NCBI GenBank assembly: GCA_030390025.1
Contig: CM059431.1
Coordinates: 138,262,001-138,326,000 of the forward strand
Direction: 5' to 3'
Source: Squalus acanthias
Lineage: Eukaryota
Length of the DNA stretch: 64,000 bases
How positions within the stretch are numbered: the first letter of the stretch is position 1; each line of letters begins with the position of its first letter. This document shows, piece by piece, positions 59,390 to 64,000 of this stretch. Under the pieces are notes generated by a model, which saw only the letters and a list, made by a program, of their open reading frames with translations, did not search any database and was not told where the DNA came from. The translations under genes were made by a program, and so were the position numbers.

Positions 59390-60070
59390 GTTAATGAGGC
59401 GGGTTAATAAGGCCAGAAAAAGCAAACCAAGCACGAGTGCTTATTTCTAGAGGAATAGAGTTGCAAAGCAGTTACGATATGTTAAACTTGTATCGAACCT
59501 TGATTAGACCACACTTGGAGAACTGTGCACATTTCTGGTCTCCATATTATAAACAAGGACATAAAGACAATGGAGGAGTTGTAAATAAAGATTTACTGGG
59601 GTGATACGAGAACTGAGAGTTTATACCTGTCAGGAAAGATTGGACAGGTGGGGGCACTTTTCCCTAGAAAGGAAAAATATGAAGGGTGACCTGATAGAGG
59701 TCTTTAAGATTATGAAAGGGTTTCATTGGCAGACGTAGGGAAGATGTGTCCACTTGCGGGGGAGACCAGAACTAGGGACCATAAAAATAAGATAGTCACT
59801 AATGAATACAATAGGGAGTTCAGGAGAAACTTATTTACCCGGAGAGTGGTGAGAATGTGAAACTCGCTACCACATGGCATTGTTGAGGTGAATAACATAG
59901 ATGTATTTAAGGGGAAGCTGGATAGGCACATATGGCAGAAAGGGATAGAATGATATGTTGATGGAGTTAGAGGAAGGAGGTGGGAGGAGGCTCGTGTGGA
60001 GCATTTTCACCAGCATGGAAGTGTTGGGGCGAATGGCCTGATTCTCTGCTGTAAATACTATGCAATACTC
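59390..60070 (+). mobile_element. Decayed CR1 3' fragment
   Basis: LYRTLIRPHLE...FWSP; FRRNLFTRRVV; tail cgaatggcctgattctctgctgta. Confidence 0.75.
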
Positions 60071-61239
60071 TGAAAGAACGGTCATGACTGAGCTTCAGCA
60101 GTGAAGTAGAACACGTGGGCGTTAGTGTTAACTGCCTCACACCGCAGGTACTAGAAAGAAACTCCGTTTAAATAACAGATAATGTTTCATTTAGTGTAGA
60201 AACAATGTGTTACAATGGTGGTTATCTGTAATTCTGTAATCTCGGTGTGAATGTTGCAGGCGCTGGTCTCCCCATCAGACTCCGCCCCCCAGTGTCTCCT
60301 GGACCAATAGAACGGGGCCCTGTCTCCTGACCAGTGTCTAATGATGGAGACAGTAGGAACTTGACTCCTCAATGTGACATTAGACATCTTTGTTCACAGA
60401 TATTTACTGAAAATCTCAACTGGTCAACACAATGGAGTGCTACGGCAGGAAAGAAAAAATGATTCGACCCAACCAGTCCTAGGCGGCGTTTAACCTCCAC
60501 CCTAACAATTAGTTCCAATCACTTTACCTGCTCGGTCTGAACATCCCTTCAACATATTTGTATTCATCCATCTACCGTTATTGATAAAGGATAAGTAAAT
60601 TAATTCTTCTCATAGGAAGTAGCGGGAGTGAGGGCAATGTATAAAATGAGCTGTTTGTAATGAGTATTTGCAATTTTTAAAAGCCGAAGATACTGAGCTC
60701 AGAACCGTAAACTTTTGACTCCATCATCAAAACCATCATCAGGTGTGGCTGTAATTTGTGCCTTTTAATTTTATGTGTAAGTACAATTGCACGTACTGTG
60801 GGATCAATAAACCAATGACACCACACTTCAAAGTTCAAGAACCTTATTTAAAACCTTACTCTAAAAATAGCCTCAGTACCTTAAATCTGGATGGGCTTCA
60901 TTTATTAATTCTGATGAAGTGCCCCCGCTACCCGTCACTTTCTAACGTCCCGCCTCATCCTGAGGTTCTCCAAAAGCCAAACGTCACATGGTTTAATTTC
61001 CCCGTGGATCCCAAACTCTTCTAATCTGGCTGGCATCCAGCTTCTATGGGAATTGATGGTGAGATCTGACTATTCTATGTAAGAGGCACATTCACATTAA
61101 ACTGGATTGAGCTGATCTTCTCTATTTAAGGCAGGAGTCAGACAGCAGGCAGGGATTTTAATTCTATCAGGCAGCGATGCACCTGAACACAGCTCCAATC
61201 GTGAAAAGGCTATGTGTAATAAATCACATCATCAATATC

Positions 61240-63990
61240 AACATGTAAAATAGAGAACAAAGGCATGAACAAGTTAAACATTGGTGTCCAGGAAAGACAG
61301 GGAAGGAAAGAAATGAAGTGTGGCGGCAGTATTGATTAAGGAGAATATTAAAGTGCTGTAGAGAGGATGTCCTGGAGAGGTCAAGGACAGAATCTCTTTG
61401 GTTAGAGTTAAGAAACAGTAGGGGTGCCATTACACTACTAGGTGTGTTCTATAGGGCATCAACTAGTGGGAAGGATACAGAGGAGCAAATTTGCATGGAA
61501 ATTACAGAGAGGTGCAAGAACTACAGAATAGTGATAATGGAGACTTAGTTTATCCTAATATAGATGGGATCATAATAGTGTAAAGGGCACAGTGGGCGAA
61601 GAATTTCTGAAGTGTGTCCTTTCTTGATCAGTACGCTTCTGGCTCAACGAGGAAGTAGGCATTGCTGGATCTGGTTCTGGGTAATGAGATGGGTCAAGTG
61701 GAGCAATTGTCATTAGGGGCGTATTTAGGGAACAGTCATCATAGTATCATAAGGTTTAAATTAGCTACAGAAAAGGACAGGGAGCAATCTAGAGTGAAAA
61801 TACTTAACTGGTGGAAGACCAATTTCAGTGGGGTGGGAATGGATCTGGCCCGGGTAAATTGGAATCAAAGATTGGCAGGCAAAACTGTAATTGAACGATG
61901 GGCTGCCTTTAAATAGGAGAATGTTCGGGTATAGTCGAGGTACATTCCACGAGGGGGAGAGGTAGGGTAACTAAAATCAGAGCTCCATGGACGATGAAAG
62001 AGATAGAGAGTAAGATGAAGCAGACAAAGAGCCAGTCTATCAGATGTTGGTTGAGAATATAAGTGATAATCAGGCTGAATATAGAAGGTTCCGAGGGAAC
62101 ATGAAAAAGGAAATAAGCGGGGCAAAGTGAGAGCGTGAGAAAGACTGGCAGCTAACATTAAAGGGAATCAAAAAGTCTTGTATAGGCATATAAATAATAA
62201 CCGGGCAGTAAGTGGAGCGGTGGAGCCGATAAGAGAACAAAAATAAGATCGACGCATGGAGGCAGAGGGCATGGCTGACGTACTAAATTAGTACTTTGCA
62301 TCTGTGTTTACCAAGGAGGAAAATGCTGTCAAAGTCGTAGCGAAAGAGAAGCTAGTGGAGATACTGGATGGGATAAAAACATTGATAAATTAGATGTCCT
62401 AGAAAGGCTGGCTGTAATTAAAGTAGGTACGTCTCCATGACCGGATGGGATGCATCCTTGGATGCTGAGGGAATTAATGGTGGAAATTGCGGAGGTACTG
62501 ACCATAATCTTCCAATCCTCCATAGATACGGGGGTGGTGCCAGAGGACTGGAGAATTCAGATGCTACAAACTTGTTCAAGAAAGGGTGTAAGGATAAACC
62601 CATCAACTACAGGCCAGTCAGTTTAACCTCGGTAGTGGGGAAGATTTAAGAAACGATAATCCGGGACAAACTCAACGGGACAAATGTGGATTAGTTAAGG
62701 AAAGCCTGCACGGATTTGTTAAAGGCAAATCCTGTTTAACTAAATTTGATTAGTTTTTTGATGAGGTAACAGAGAGAGTTGATGAGGGCAATGCGGTTGA
62801 TGTGGTGAAAATGGACTTCCAAAAGGATTTTGATACGATGCAACACAATAGTCTTGCTAGCAACGTTGAAGCCCAGGGAATAAAAGGGACAGTGGCAGCA
62901 GATATGGGCTAATTGACAGGAAACAGTGAGTAGAGGTGAAAGGTTATTTTTCGGACTGGAGGAAGGTACACAGTGGTGATCCCCAGGGGTCTGTTCTACG
63001 ACCACTGCATTTATTGATATATGTTAATGGCTTGGATTTGGGTATACAGGGCATATTTTCCAAATTTGCAGGTGACACAAAACCTGGAAGTATAGTGAAC
63101 AGTGGGGAGGAGAGTAATAGACTTGAAGAGGAGAGCAGACAAGCTGGTGGAGTGGGCGGACGCGGAGCAGATGGAAATTTTATGCAGAAATGTGTGAAGT
63201 GATATATTTTGGTAGGAAGAACGAGGAGAGGCAATACCAATTAAAGGGTACAATTCTAAGGGGCTGCAACATCCTGGGGGTATATGTGCACAAATCGTTG
63301 AAGGTGGCAGGGCAGGTTGAGAAAACGATTAAAAAGCATACGTGATCCTGGGCTTCATAAATACAGGCATAGTGTAAAAATGCAAGGAAGTTATGATGAA
63401 CCTTTATAAAACACTGGTCCGAGCTCGACTGCAGCATTGTGTCCAATTCTGGGCACCGCACTTTAGGAAGGATTTGAAGGCCTTAGAGAGGGTGCAGAAA
63501 AGATTTACAAGAATGGATCCAGGGATGAGGGACTTCATCTATATGGATAGATTGGAGAAGCTGGTGTTGTTCTCCTTCGAGCAGAGAAGGTTGAGAGGAG
63601 ATTTGATTGAGGTGTTCAAAATCATGAGTTGTCTAGACAAAGTAGATAGAAAATTAGTATTCTCATTGGTGGAAGGGTCGAGAACCAGAGGACACACATT
63701 TAAGGTGATTGGCAGAAGAACCAAAGGCCACATGAGGAAAAAGTTTTTTACGCATTGCTTGCTTAGAATCTGGAATGCACTGCCTGAAATGATGTTCGAG
63801 GCAGATTCAATCGTGGCTTTCAAAAGGGAATTGGACAAGTACATGGAGGAAAAAACTGCAGGGCCAGGGGGTAAATTCGAGGGAGTGGGACTAGCTGAAA
63901 TGCTCGTGCATAGAGCCAGCACGGGATGGATGAGCCGAATGGCCTCCAACTGTACTGTAGCCTTTCTATGATTCGATGATTCTATGATTC
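61240..63990 (+). mobile_element. CR1 LINE, 5'-truncated, heavily mutated ORF2
   Basis: [41 protein letters not shown]; (TTCTATGA)n tail at 63963-63990. Confidence 0.9.
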
Positions 63991-64000
63991 AACAGCTTAA

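Larger units (their letters stand above)
57265..61220 (+). repeat. Segmental duplicate of ~43565-47160 (GPCR intron, exon 2, 3' flank)
   Basis: Shared intronic block (43641-43858 vs 57341-57558), exon 2, 3' UTR and flank (46610-47140 vs 60620-61210); different TE insertions in each copy. Confidence 0.85.

Overview
This is eukaryotic, repeat-dense vertebrate DNA, most likely from a cartilaginous fish (inferred from the Deu-domain SINEs, CR1 LINEs with (TTCTATG)n tails and tandem GPR139-like receptors). It is not prokaryotic, and I see no CRISPR, rRNA or tRNA genes. Host genes, read by hand from splice sites: (1) a 5-exon MS4A/CD20-like four-TM gene on + (1408-11729) with an in-frame TAA in exon 2; (2) the first two coding exons of an uncharacterised P-loop GTPase gene on - (29613-25655); (3) an intact two-exon GPR139/GPR142-like GPCR (42964-45452) and a tandem pseudogenised copy (58104-59004). 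Mobile DNA: an intact Neptune-type Penelope-like element (RT + GIY-YIG) and a second, decayed one. Both have inverted pseudo-LTR arms, 13-bp target duplications and minimal hammerhead ribozyme motifs. There is also an internally deleted retrovirus-like LTR element (1.27-kb LTRs, tRNA-Arg PBS, gag-pro-RNaseH remnant) interrupted by a near-full-length CR1, two further long CR1s, Harbinger-type MITEs, a deleted Harbinger transposase and several tandem arrays (28, 26, 67 and 93 bp units). The most interesting points are the hammerheads (one apparently defining the 5' end of the intact PLE), the provirus whose gag ATG overlaps the PBS, and the possibility that this provirus marks a recombinational deletion that removed the 3' ends of both convergent host genes.
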